The translations under genes were made by a program, and so were the position numbers. DNA of 64,000 bases, from the NCBI GenBank assembly GCA_028877275.1, contig JAPPFP010000010.1:67640-131639 (forward strand), in the 5' to 3' direction. Origin of the DNA: Acidobacteriota bacterium. Its GTDB lineage: Bacteria; Acidobacteriota; Thermoanaerobaculia; Multivoradales; Multivoraceae. A model generated the notes under the pieces. The model worked only from the letters and a program-made list of their open reading frames with translations, had not been told where the DNA came from and ran no database searches. This document shows positions 1 through 11,410 of this stretch, in pieces. The stretch's first letter is position 1. Every line of letters starts with the position of its first letter.

Positions 1-902
1 CGCGGTCCGCCCAGATCGGCGATCTCGCGCAGGCCGGTGGGGCTGGTCACGTTGACCTCGGTCAGCCAGCCGCCGATCACGTCGATTCCGGCGAAGACGA
101 TGCCGAGGCGCACGAGTTCCGGACCGACCGCCGCCGCGATCTCGCGGTCGCGGGCGTCCACCTCCGTGGCCGCCGGCTGGCCGCCGACATGGAAGTTCGC
201 CCGCGATTCGCCCTCGGCGGGCACCCTGAGCACCGCGCCCAGCGCCTCACCCTCGACCAGGATGACCCGCTTGTCGCCCTGCCGGATCTCCGGCAGGTAG
301 CGCTGCGCCATGATGTAGCGGCTCTCGTGAGCGGTCGCGGCCTCGAGAATGGCGCTGGTGTTCCGGTCGCCGGCCTTCAGGTGGAAGATGCCCTCGCCCC
401 CGGCGCCGTCGAGCGGCTTGACGATCATCTCGCCGCCCATTTCCTCCTGGAAGGCCAGCAACTCCGCGATGCGCCGGGACACGCGCGCCGGCGGGCAGAC
501 GGCCGGAAACCGCAGCGCGAACAGCTTTTCGTTCGCGTCGCGAAGCGCCAGCGGGTCGTTCACCACGAGGGTCGTCTTCGCCACCATGGAGAGCAGGTGG
601 GTGGCGTAGAAGAACGCCATGTCGAATGGCGGGTCCTTCCGCATCCAGACCACGTCGAACTCGTCGAGAAAGGCGGCCCGGCGGGCCCCGATCTCGTACC
701 AGGGTCCGCCGGAGACCGGGTCGACGGTGCGGGCAGGAATCGCCTCCGCCCGCGGCCGGCCATCCGGGCCGAGTTCCAGCGTGTCGATCGTGCAGACGGC
801 GAGTTCGTGACCCCGGCGATCCGCCTCGCGCAGGAACGCGATCGTCGTGTCCTTCTCGGGATCGAGACGCTCGATCGGATCGATGACGAAGAGGTGGCGC
901 AT
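1..902 (-). CDS. gshB: glutathione synthetase (ATP-grasp), C-terminus cut by window edge
   Basis: Manual reverse-strand translation from ATG (complement of 900-902): MRHLFVIDPIERLDPEKDTTIAFLREADRRGHELAV..VWMRKDPPFDMAFFYATHLLS..NEKLFAL..MIVKPLDGAGGEGIF..RYIMAQRYLPEIRQGDKRVILVEGE..ANFHVGGQP. It is collinear with E. coli GshB motifs (MRKDPPFD, NEKLF, KPLDGMGG, GDKRV, GGRGE). It is not a clean ORF in the supplied track because it runs off the window. Confidence 0.85.
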   Translation of the reverse strand, partial: MRHLFVIDPIERLDPEKDTTIAFLREADRRGHELAVCTIDTLELGPDGRPRAEAIPARTVDPVSGGPWYEIGARRAAFLDEFDVVWMRKDPPFDMAFFYATHLLSMVAKTTLVVNDPLALRDANEKLFALRFPAVCPPARVSRRIAELLAFQEEMGGEMIVKPLDGAGGEGIFHLKAGDRNTSAILEAATAHESRYIMAQRYLPEIRQGDKRVILVEGEALGAVLRVPAEGESRANFHVGGQPAATEVDARDREIAAAVGPELVRLGIVFAGIDVIGGWLTEVNVTSPTGLREIADLGGP

Positions 903-946
903 CGCGGTTGGTGAGGAGGAAACGGGCCGCGCAAGCTATCATGTGG

Positions 947-966
947 CGCGGGTCTTCTGACCCGCG
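947..966. promoter_or_regulatory. hairpin/inverted repeat (cgcgggt-N6-acccgcg) in the gshB/chaC divergent promoter region, adjacent to a CATGTGGCGCG motif at 940-950
   Basis: Perfect 7-bp inverted repeat with a 6-nt spacer in the 122-nt gap between divergent start codons. The 11-mer CATGTGGCGCG recurs as a perfect palindrome downstream of chaC (1729-1754). Confidence 0.3.
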
Positions 967-1024
967 AGGAAGAACGCGCCGCGCAGCGGCGACTGCGTTG
1001 AACGGGCCGCTAGCATCCTCCGCC

Positions 1025-1561
1025 ATGTCTGCGGCGCAACCGGTCTGGCTCTTCGGCTACGGCTCCCTGATCTTCCGCCCGGCGATCCCCTTCGTGGAGC
1101 GCCGGCCCGCCCGCGTCCGGGGCTGGACCCGCCGTTTCTGGCAGTGGTCGACCGACCACCGCGGCGAGCCCTGGCGTCCCGGCCGCGTGGTGACCCTGGC
1201 GCGCGCGCCGGACGACTGCTGCTGGGGCATGGCCTATCGTCTCGACGAAGCTGCCGCCGAGACCATCCTCGCCGACCTAGACATCCGCGAACGGGGCGGC
1301 TATGTCCGCATGGAGATCGAACTCGAACTGGACGGGCAGGGACCAACGCAGGGGACCATGGGCCTCACCTACCAGGCCTGGCCCGGCAACCGGAACTACG
1401 CCGGCCCGGCCCCACTCACCGAGATCGCCGCCCAGGTCGCACAAGCCACAGGCCCAAGCGGCACCAACACCGACTACGTGCGCGACCTCCACGCCGCGCT
1501 CGAAACGCTGGGCGCCCTGGACACCCACGTCGCGGCTCTGGCCGCCAGGTTGCCGGACTAA
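1025..1561 (+). CDS. chaC: ChaC-family gamma-glutamylcyclotransferase (glutathione-specific)
   Basis: Internal ATG of ORF 908..1561. MSAAQPVWLFGYGSLIFRP...GWTRRFWQ...GRVVTL matches the ChaC/GGCT YGSL fold signature. About 178 aa. Confidence 0.8.
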   Translation: MSAAQPVWLFGYGSLIFRPAIPFVERRPARVRGWTRRFWQWSTDHRGEPWRPGRVVTLARAPDDCCWGMAYRLDEAAAETILADLDIRERGGYVRMEIELELDGQGPTQGTMGLTYQAWPGNRNYAGPAPLTEIAAQVAQATGPSGTNTDYVRDLHAALETLGALDTHVAALAARLPD

Positions 1562-1598
1562 ATCGTCCGCAGTCAGCGACGCCGTCCAGCCAGCCCGA

Positions 1599-1618
1599 GG
1601 GTCCGAGGGGCCGGACCC
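1599..1618. terminator. GC-rich hairpin (gggtccg-aggggc-cggaccc) in convergent intergenic region
   Basis: Perfect 7-bp stem seen directly. It lies between convergent chaC (+) and the FAD-oxidase gene (-). No U-tract, as is common in high-GC genomes. Confidence 0.35.
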
Positions 1619-1728
1619 AGCGGGCTCGCAGCGAGCGACGCTCTGCGCCGGTTCAGAATCCGACGCCCTCCCGGAGCGAGCGGAGTGAAGCGAACGCAAA
1701 CTTCCCTTCATCCTCCTGAGCGTGCACC

Positions 1729-1754
1729 CATGTGGCGCGTCCCTGCGCCACATG
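1729..1754. terminator. perfect 10-bp palindrome catgtggcgc-N6-gcgccacatg (bidirectional terminator candidate or regulator site)
   Basis: Seen directly. Located in the 295-nt convergent gap. Its half-site is identical to the motif at 940-950 upstream of chaC. Confidence 0.35.
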
Positions 1755-1856
1755 CGTCGCAGTCCGTGCGTCCGCTGGCGGACGCGCGGATGCCACGGCC
1801 GATGGGACCGGCCCCGTCGGACCCTCGGGCTGGTGGGTGCGAGTGCGAGGGCTGCG

Positions 1857-3491
1857 CTACGGCGCCATCGCGCCGGTGACGCCGACGTCCCGGCCTCGCG
1901 GGTCGATCAGCACGCCGGGGTTCATCAGGCCCTCGGGGTCGACCGCCGCCTTGGCGCCGGCGAGGGCGCGGGCGAAGACGTCGGGGCGCTGGCGGTCGTA
2001 GCCGGCCGGCCGGTGGTCGCGGCCGACCGCGTGGTGGTGGGTCACCGTGCCGCCGGCGTCGACGACCGCCTCGTTCGCGGCGAGCTTGATCTCGCGCCAC
2101 TGGTCCGCAAGGCGCTCCCAGTCCCCGAGCGCCGAGAACGTGAAGTAGGGGGCGGGTCCGTCCGGGTAGACATGGGTGAAACGGCAGGTGACGCTGCCGG
2201 GCCTGCCGGTCGCCTGCTCGAGGATTTCGGCGGTCCGGTCCATGATGCCGGCGTGGAAGTCGGCGAAGCGGTCCCAGGTGATCGAGGTCTCGAACGTGTC
2301 GCCGATCACCCCCAAGGGCACGCCGACCTCCCGGAGGTAGGGTCCCTTGATGAAGGCGTCGCGCCAGGCCCCGGCGGCGCCCTCGCGATGGGACCGCCCG
2401 GCCGAGGCGCTGTGGTCGCCGCCGCAATCCGCCGTCAACTCGAGCGCCCGCTTCATCCACACGTCGACCGGGTGATCGGCGGACTCGAAGCCGAGGACGA
2501 GCAGCGAGGTCGACCCGTCGCCGGCGCCGGCGGTGGCGGTCTCCTGCGCGTCGATCAGGCGGCAATTCGAAGGGTAGAGCCCGCTCTGGGCCAGCATCCG
2601 CACCGCCTCGGCCGCACTCGCGTAGTCGGCGAAGTGGACCGCCGCCGAACCTCGGTACACCGGCCGGTCCTGGAGCCGCATCCAGGCTTCCGTGATCACG
2701 CCGAGGATGCCTTCCGAGCCGATGACCATCCGGTCCGGCGAGGGCCCGGCGCCGGAGCCGGGCAGGCGCCGGGTTTCCATGACGCCCTGCGGCGTGACGG
2801 TCGTTGTCGCCTCGACGAAGTCGTCGATGTGCGTGTAGAGGCTGGCGAAGTGGCCGCCCGAGCGGGTCGCGATCCAGCCGCCCAGGGTGGAGTGCTCGAA
2901 GCTCTGCGGGAAGTGGCGGAGCGTCAGCCCGTGCTCCCGGAGCTGGGCCTCGATGTGTGGGCCACGCGCACCACCCTGGATGCGCGCGGCCCGGCTCGCG
3001 CGGTCGACCTCGAGCACCCCGTTGAGCTTGAGCAGATCGATCGTCACCGCGCCGGCGTAGCTGTCGCCGACCGCCGGCTCGACTCCGCCGACCACGCTCG
3101 AACCGCCGCCGAAGGGGACCGCGGCGGCGCCGGCGTCGCCGGCCCAGTCCAGGATGCGGACGACATCGTCCGTCGTCTCGGGGTAGGCGACGAGGTCGGG
3201 AGGTTCCGGCACCTCGCGGCGGAACATCCGCACGGCGTCCGGGAAGGACTTGCCGTAGGCGTGGAGGAGGCGTTCGTACGGATCGTTCCGGAACAGGGCC
3301 GCAAGCGATGCCGGCGGCGCCAGTCGGGGCGGACGAAGGTCGAAGTCGGCGACCTGGGGCATGCTTGCCTGAGGTTCGAGCGGGACGCCGAAGCGCTCCG
3401 CCGTCCGGGCGCGAAAGGCGTCCGCCTCGGCGGCGGTCAGCCCCTGCCCTTCGTACCCCCACCCACAGAGCTTTCGTCTTGCTTCCGTCAC
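1857..3491 (-). CDS. FAD-linked oxidase, alkylglycerone-phosphate synthase (AGPS/ADAPS)-like
   Basis: ORF 1857..3569. FAD-binding PCMH domain (VPFGGGSSVVGGV), and HFPQSFEHSTLGGWIATRSGG resembles the AGPS catalytic region. The start is uncertain. A GTG at 3489-3491 is preceded by GGGGAG, and the ORF-track ATG at 3569 would overlap the divergent neighbour. Confidence 0.75.
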   Translation of the reverse strand: MTEARRKLCGWGYEGQGLTAAEADAFRARTAERFGVPLEPQASMPQVADFDLRPPRLAPPASLAALFRNDPYERLLHAYGKSFPDAVRMFRREVPEPPDLVAYPETTDDVVRILDWAGDAGAAAVPFGGGSSVVGGVEPAVGDSYAGAVTIDLLKLNGVLEVDRASRAARIQGGARGPHIEAQLREHGLTLRHFPQSFEHSTLGGWIATRSGGHFASLYTHIDDFVEATTTVTPQGVMETRRLPGSGAGPSPDRMVIGSEGILGVITEAWMRLQDRPVYRGSAAVHFADYASAAEAVRMLAQSGLYPSNCRLIDAQETATAGAGDGSTSLLVLGFESADHPVDVWMKRALELTADCGGDHSASAGRSHREGAAGAWRDAFIKGPYLREVGVPLGVIGDTFETSITWDRFADFHAGIMDRTAEILEQATGRPGSVTCRFTHVYPDGPAPYFTFSALGDWERLADQWREIKLAANEAVVDAGGTVTHHHAVGRDHRPAGYDRQRPDVFARALAGAKAAVDPEGLMNPGVLIDPRGRDVGVTGAMAP

Positions 3492-3645
3492 GTGAACCTC
3501 CCCGACGGCGCAGGATAGCGAAGCATCTAGCGCCCCGAAACTCCTCGCATGCTCGGTGTTTCGGCCCATCCCGTCCTCTCCCAGGCGCTTGAGCCGCGGA
3601 CTTGCCTTGCTGCGTCTCGCGGCTCAAGCCCCTAGAATCCCGGCC

Positions 3646-5199
3646 ATGTCCTGGCAGCCCGAAGTCGACGAGATCGAACGCCGCCGGCGCCTGGCGCTGG
3701 AGATGGGCGGCGAGGAGGCGGTGGAGCGCCAGCACGAGCGCGGGCGCCTCACCGTACGGGAGCGGATCGAGCGTGTAGCCGACCCCGGTTCGTTCATCGA
3801 GGAGGGTCGTCAGGCCGGCGCTGCCGAGGTGGACGAGAAGGGGCGTGTCGTGGCGTTCACGCCAGCGAACTACGTCGTCGGCTTTGCCGGCGTCGAGGGA
3901 CGGCAGGTGATCGTGGCCGGCGAGGACTTCACCCAGGCGGGCGGCTCGCCGTCGCCGGCCGGGCTGCGCAAGAGCATCTACTCCGAGGAACTCGCGCTCA
4001 AGTACCGGCAGCCGCTGGTGCGCTTCCTCGAAGGCGGCGGCGGCAGCGTGCGCGGCAGCGGGGGCCGCCAGAAAGGGGCGCCGAAGACGCCGCCGCGGCC
4101 GATGGGGGAACCGGTGTACTCCCGGGCCCGTTTCTGGTCGATCGCCGAGATCCTGCGGACCGTGCCGGTGGCCTCGATCGGCGTCGGCGCGGTGGCGGGG
4201 TTCCCCGCGGCGCGCCTGGTCGCCTCCCACTTCTCGGTGATGACGCGCCATACCGCCCAGATCCTGATCGGCGGCCCGGCGCTGGTCGAACGGGCGCTGG
4301 GCGAGAAGAAGACGAAGGACGAGCTCGGCGGCTGGCAGGTCCACAGTCGCAGCGGCGTCGTCGACAACGTCGCCGAGGACGAGGACGACGCGATGGCGCA
4401 GGTGCGCCAGTTCCTGAGCTACCTGCCCTCGAACGTCGACACGCTGCCGCCGCGGCAGAAGTCGGGCGATCCGCCCGACCGGCGCGAGGAACCGCTGCTC
4501 ACGATCGTGCCGCGGGACCGGCGGTTCCTCTACGACATGCGCGAAGTGATCTCGCTCGTCGTCGACCGGGACAGCTTCTTCGAGATGACGGCGGGTTACG
4601 GGCCGTCCCAGATCACCGGCCTGGCCCGGGTCGACGGTCATGCGGTGGGCGTCGTCGCGAACGACTGCAAGCACATCGGCGGTGCGATGGACGCCGCGGG
4701 GGCGCAGAAGTTCCGGCGCTTCATCGAGTTCTGCGAGACTTTCCACCTGCCGATCCTCAGCCTGGTCGACGAACCGGGTTTCATGATCGGCTCGGCGTCG
4801 GAGGCGTCCGGCACGATCCGCTACGGCATGGAGGCGATCGCGGCGACCGTGCGGACGACCGTGCCCTGGTGCGCCGTACAGATCCGCAAGTCCTACGGTG
4901 TCGCCGCGGCGGCGCACTACGGCCCGGGCGGCCGGGTGCTGATCTGGCCGTCGGCCGAAAGCGGCGCGCTGCCGATCGAGGGCGGCGTGGCGGTCGCCTT
5001 CCGGCGCGAGATCGCCGCGGCGTCCGATCCGGACAGGAAGCGCGCCGAACTCGAAGCCGAGTTCGCCAAGCGGCGGACACCCTTCCCGCGGGCCGAGGGC
5101 TTCTCGGTCCATGACCTGATCGATCCGCGAAACACTCGTGCCGAGGTGGTCAAGTGGCTGAAACTGTCCGAACCGCTGCTCGCGTCGCGGGTACGGTGA
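3646..5199 (+). CDS. acyl-CoA carboxylase carboxyltransferase (beta) subunit family protein
   Basis: Internal ATG (MSWQPEVDEIERRRRLALEMGGEEAVERQHERGRLTVRERIE) of ORF 3556..5199. This is the typical PCCB/AccD N-terminus. Tandem CoA-carboxyltransferase N and C domains. Confidence 0.8.
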   Translation: MSWQPEVDEIERRRRLALEMGGEEAVERQHERGRLTVRERIERVADPGSFIEEGRQAGAAEVDEKGRVVAFTPANYVVGFAGVEGRQVIVAGEDFTQAGGSPSPAGLRKSIYSEELALKYRQPLVRFLEGGGGSVRGSGGRQKGAPKTPPRPMGEPVYSRARFWSIAEILRTVPVASIGVGAVAGFPAARLVASHFSVMTRHTAQILIGGPALVERALGEKKTKDELGGWQVHSRSGVVDNVAEDEDDAMAQVRQFLSYLPSNVDTLPPRQKSGDPPDRREEPLLTIVPRDRRFLYDMREVISLVVDRDSFFEMTAGYGPSQITGLARVDGHAVGVVANDCKHIGGAMDAAGAQKFRRFIEFCETFHLPILSLVDEPGFMIGSASEASGTIRYGMEAIAATVRTTVPWCAVQIRKSYGVAAAAHYGPGGRVLIWPSAESGALPIEGGVAVAFRREIAAASDPDRKRAELEAEFAKRRTPFPRAEGFSVHDLIDPRNTRAEVVKWLKLSEPLLASRVR

Positions 5200-5217
5200 A
5201 CTCTCAAGGAGGCCGGA

Positions 5218-6039
5218 ATGCGTGTGAACCGAAACAAGAGAACGTTGTGTGCCACCCTGGCGGCGGGCCTGCTGATGACCGCGACCGCCGCCGCCCAGCA
5301 ACAGCCGGTCGGCTACGAGGACACCCCGAAGCTGCCGGGATTGCCCTGGAAGGTGCACGACCCGAACCGGCCGGTGCCGCCGGTGGTCGCTCCGGGCGCC
5401 GCGTTCAGCGACATGGCGGCAGCGCCCGCCGACGCGGTCGTGCTGTTCGACGGTACGGACCTCTCGAAGTGGCAGAAGCCGAACGGCGACGAACCCGAGT
5501 GGAAGGTCGAGAACGGCTACATGGAGGTCACCTCGACCGGGTCGATCCGCACCCGGGACGAGTTCGGCGACTTCCAGCTCCACCTGGAGTTCGCGACGCC
5601 GGCCAAGGTCGAAAGCAACAGCCAGGGCCGCGGCAACAGCGGCGTGATGATCTACGGCGACTATGAAGTCCAGATCCTCGATTCGTACGAGAACCGGTCC
5701 TACGCCGACGGGCAGGCGGGCGCGCTCTATGGCCAGACGCCGCCGATGGTCAACTCATCGAGGGCCCCGGGCGCCTGGCAGACCTACGACATCATCTTCG
5801 AGGCGCCGCGCTGGAAGGACGGCGAACTCGTCAAGAAGGCGAACGTCACCGTGCTCCACAACGGTGTGGTCATCCATCACAAGAAGGAGTACATCGGCCG
5901 GACGATCCACCGCCGGGTCGGGGTCTACGACCGGCCGCACGAGCCGCGCGGCTGGATTGGCCTGCAGGACCACCGCAACCCGACCCGTTTCCGCAACGTC
6001 TGGATCCGCGAGCTTCCGGGCTACGACAGCGGCGGCTGA
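5218..6039 (+). CDS. secreted DUF1080 (3-keto-disaccharide hydrolase-like) protein
   Basis: Signal peptide MRVNRNKRTLCATLAAGLLMTATAAAQQ. VVLFDGTDLSKWQ...NSGVMIYGDYEVQILDS...GWIGLQDH are DUF1080 hallmarks. Confidence 0.75.
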   Translation: MRVNRNKRTLCATLAAGLLMTATAAAQQQPVGYEDTPKLPGLPWKVHDPNRPVPPVVAPGAAFSDMAAAPADAVVLFDGTDLSKWQKPNGDEPEWKVENGYMEVTSTGSIRTRDEFGDFQLHLEFATPAKVESNSQGRGNSGVMIYGDYEVQILDSYENRSYADGQAGALYGQTPPMVNSSRAPGAWQTYDIIFEAPRWKDGELVKKANVTVLHNGVVIHHKKEYIGRTIHRRVGVYDRPHEPRGWIGLQDHRNPTRFRNVWIRELPGYDSGG

Positions 6040-6053
6040 GGCATCCGGCACTC

Positions 6054-7229
6054 TTGAAGATCTCCCTCTTCTACTTGCCCTCGATCGGCTCGCGGGCCGA
6101 CATCAAGCGGGGCATGGCCGGCCTGCGCGGCGATCTCTACGACCGGATGCTGGCTGAGATCTCGGAGCAGGCCCGGCTCGCCGACGATCTGGGCTACGAC
6201 TCGATCAGCTTCACCGAGCACCACTTCCACATCGAGGGCTTCGAACTCTCGAACAACCCGGTGCTGCTCGACCTGTACGTCGGCATGCAGACGAAGAACA
6301 TCCGGGTGGGGCAGTTGGGCATCGTGCTGCCGGCGAGGAACCCGATCCGGGTCGCGGAGGACATCGCGATGCTCGACCGGATGACCGGCGGGCGCGCGAA
6401 CGCCGGTTTCGCCCGCGGCTACCAGCGGCGCTGGGTCGACGTGATGGCGCAGCAAACGCACGGCATCTCCGGCGCGCTGCCGCACCGGCACGACGAGATC
6501 GACGCGACGAACCGGGCCGCCTTCGAGGAGTGCTTCCGGATCGTCAAGAAGGCCTGGACCGAGGACATGCTCGACTACGACGGCCGGTTCTGGAAGGTCC
6601 CGGTCGGCGGTTCCGAGGGCGGCACGCCGTGGACGCTCGAGGCGACGGAGGACTGGGGCGCCGGCGTCGAGGACGGTGTGCTGCGGCAGGTCGGCGTGGT
6701 GCCGAAGCCGGTTCAGGAGCCGCATCCGCCGATCTTCCAGCCCTTCGCGTCGTCGGAGGAGAGCATCCGCTGGTGCGCGCGGGAAGGCGTGACCGCGATC
6801 CTGCCGCCGCTCCACCCGAAGCGGGAGCGTGCCCTGTTCGAGCTGTTCGCGGAGGAGTCCGGGCGGCCGCTCGGCGAAGGGATCGGCGTCCTGCGCGACG
6901 TCGTGATCGCCGACACGGACTCCGAGGCGCAACGCCTGTGGAAGGCGAGCGGCGCCTTCTGCGGCTCCGCCTGGTTCAAGCCCTTCGGCTTCAGCCGGGG
7001 GATGATCGACCCGGACACGGGAGAGGAGTTCGACGACATGATGGGGTCCGGGATGGCCCTCGTCGGCACCGTCGACACGGTGACCCGCCAGCTCGAGACG
7101 CTCCGAGAGCGGTTGCCGGTGACCTGGCTCTACTTCTGGGCCTACAACGGCCTGCTGCCGCACGCGCGGCTGATGTCGACGATCGAACGCTTCGCCACCG
7201 AGGTGCTACCCCGGGTGGAAGACGCGTAA
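6054..7229 (+). CDS. LLM-class (luciferase-like) flavin/F420-dependent oxidoreductase
   Basis: 391 aa. SFTEHHFHIEGFELSNNPVLL...GGRANAGFARG has the TIM-barrel luciferase-like monooxygenase pattern. Confidence 0.8.
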   Translation: MKISLFYLPSIGSRADIKRGMAGLRGDLYDRMLAEISEQARLADDLGYDSISFTEHHFHIEGFELSNNPVLLDLYVGMQTKNIRVGQLGIVLPARNPIRVAEDIAMLDRMTGGRANAGFARGYQRRWVDVMAQQTHGISGALPHRHDEIDATNRAAFEECFRIVKKAWTEDMLDYDGRFWKVPVGGSEGGTPWTLEATEDWGAGVEDGVLRQVGVVPKPVQEPHPPIFQPFASSEESIRWCAREGVTAILPPLHPKRERALFELFAEESGRPLGEGIGVLRDVVIADTDSEAQRLWKASGAFCGSAWFKPFGFSRGMIDPDTGEEFDDMMGSGMALVGTVDTVTRQLETLRERLPVTWLYFWAYNGLLPHARLMSTIERFATEVLPRVEDA

Positions 7230-7303
7230 GGCCGCCGCTTCGCGGCGCGTCCTCTGGCCGCCTGCGGCGGCAGCCGGCGGGGACGCCGGCGCACCCAGTG
7301 TGT

Positions 7304-9706
<2,403 letters not shown>

Positions 9707-9736
9707 GGAAGCGATGGCGGTACCTCCTTCGCGCCG

Positions 9737-10129
9737 TCAGTTGACGTCGCCGCCGTCGTCCCTGTCATCGCCACCGTCCCCACCTTCGCCGTCGCCGTCT
9801 CCCGTGTCGGGCTCGATCGTGCAGAGCAGGGGGACTTCGGCCTGCTGGGCCAGACTGCCGACCTCGGCCACCTTGGTCTCGGCGATCGAGAACGGGTAGA
9901 GGCCGACGACGCCGACGCCGTTCTTGTGGACGTAGAGCATGAGCCGCGAAGCGTCCGATTCGGTCAGGTGGAAGACGTGCTGCAGCACGACGACGACGAA
10001 CTCCCGCGGCGTGAAGTCGTCGTTGTGGAGCAGCACCTTGTACAGCCGAGGACGAGCCAGCTTGGTCCTGGTCTTCGTCTTCGTGAGGACCTTGCTGTCG
10101 CCCTGCTGGTCATCTTCGAAGTGCGGCAT
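9737..10129 (-). CDS. clpS: ATP-dependent Clp protease adaptor ClpS with acidic Gly/Asp-rich C-terminal tail
   Basis: YKVLLHNDDFTPREFVVVVLQHVF...ETKVAEV...PLLCTIE is collinear with E. coli ClpS. An extra roughly 22-aa tail (PDTGDGDGEGGDGGDDRDDGGDVN) follows. The gene lies 30 nt upstream of clpA, the classic operon arrangement. Confidence 0.85.
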   Translation of the reverse strand: MPHFEDDQQGDSKVLTKTKTRTKLARPRLYKVLLHNDDFTPREFVVVVLQHVFHLTESDASRLMLYVHKNGVGVVGLYPFSIAETKVAEVGSLAQQAEVPLLCTIEPDTGDGDGEGGDGGDDRDDGGDVN

Positions 10130-10174
10130 GGCGTCACGATTATAGGTCCGGGGCCAGGGCAGCGAGTCGCGGCT

Positions 10175-11371
10175 CTAGCCGAGTTGCGTCCGGTGGCTGC
10201 GCCACGCCTCGATGCCCTCGAGGTGTCGCTTCGCGTCGCGCTTCAGTGCCGCACCGAGGAGCTGGTTTAGCTTCTCGTCCATGAACAGGTGCGAGCTGTA
10301 GACGGGGGCGGGCTCGAAGCCGCGGCTGATCTTGTGCTCTCCGCCGGCGCCACCCTCGAAGACCTGGACACCGCGTTCGATGCACTCGTCGATCGAGTGG
10401 TAGAGGCAGACGTTGAAGTGGAGGAAGCGGTGCTGCTCGTGGCAGCCCCAGTAGCGGCCGTAGAGGTGGGTGTCCGAGCGCAGGTTGATCGCGCCGGCGA
10501 CGACCCGGTCCTCCCGCTCGGCGACGACCAGTTCGACTTCGTTGCCGAGGAGCGCGAACAGGTCGCCGAACAGCTCGCGGTTCAGGTAGCGGCCGCCCCA
10601 CATGTACCTGTCGCAGGTCGTGCAGTAGAGGCGGAACGCGGTCTCTGCCCAATGCTCGGGATCCGCGGCGATCTCTCCGCCGCGGACGGTGCGGATGGCG
10701 ATGCCCTGCCGGGCCGGTTCGCGGCGCTCGCGGCGACACTGGGTGCGGCGCTTGGAGCGGAGCTTCAGTAGCCAGTCTTCCGGCGTGCGGTAGTCGTAGT
10801 TGTTCCAGTGGTACTGCACCATGACGCGCTGCGAGAGGCCGGCGGCGGCGAGGGCGGAGGCTTCCGGGGCGCTGTGGTAGAGGACGTGGACGGAGGCCAC
10901 GCCGACCTCCCGGGCGGTGTGGGCGGCAAGCTGGACGAGGAGCCTGGCAGCGACCGCCGGGTCGACGTGGGCGGCGGCCAGAATGCGGTGTCCGGTGACC
11001 GGGGAGAAGGGCACGCCGACGACCAGCTTCGGGTAGAAGCGGCCGCCCACCGCCTTTACCGCGTCCCCGAACGCCCAGTCCCGTGAGAAGTCGCCCATGC
11101 CGTCGTTCTTGATGTAGGCGGGGGCAGCCGCGATCAGGTCGTCGTCAGCGCCCCAGGCGGTGAGGTGAAAGGGCAGCCAGCCGCGGTCGGGCGCCACGCA
11201 GCCGGTCCGTTCGAGGGCTTCGAGGAACGTCCAGGAGAGGAACGGACGGTCCCCGGGCCGCAGCAGGCCGTCCCAGACTTCTTGCGGGATGTCCGCGATC
11301 GACTGGACGATTCTGAGTTCAATCTGCCGCTGTTCGGTGCGGTCACCTGCCTGCGCCGCGGCATCGTCCAT
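10175..11371 (-). CDS. GNAT-fold N-acyltransferase, FemAB-like/DUF482 (COG3146) family
   Basis: 398 aa. FLSWTFLEALERTGCV...YHWNNYDY...RYWGCHEQHRFLHFNVCLY is characteristic of the COG3146 family. Assigned from motif memory only. Confidence 0.6.
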   Translation of the reverse strand: MDDAAAQAGDRTEQRQIELRIVQSIADIPQEVWDGLLRPGDRPFLSWTFLEALERTGCVAPDRGWLPFHLTAWGADDDLIAAAPAYIKNDGMGDFSRDWAFGDAVKAVGGRFYPKLVVGVPFSPVTGHRILAAAHVDPAVAARLLVQLAAHTAREVGVASVHVLYHSAPEASALAAAGLSQRVMVQYHWNNYDYRTPEDWLLKLRSKRRTQCRRERREPARQGIAIRTVRGGEIAADPEHWAETAFRLYCTTCDRYMWGGRYLNRELFGDLFALLGNEVELVVAEREDRVVAGAINLRSDTHLYGRYWGCHEQHRFLHFNVCLYHSIDECIERGVQVFEGGAGGEHKISRGFEPAPVYSSHLFMDEKLNQLLGAALKRDAKRHLEGIEAWRSHRTQLG

Positions 11372-11410
11372 ACGGCGAGTCTTGCATGGCGCTTCGCGCC
11401 GCCGGGGCCG

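Noticed and set aside
1708-5583. 1291-aa minus-strand ORF in the supplied track
   Set aside because: Extremely Arg/Gly/Pro-rich low-complexity translation. It is antisense to or out of frame with two well-supported genes (the AGPS-like oxidase and the carboxyltransferase). This is a typical open-frame artefact of 70% GC DNA.
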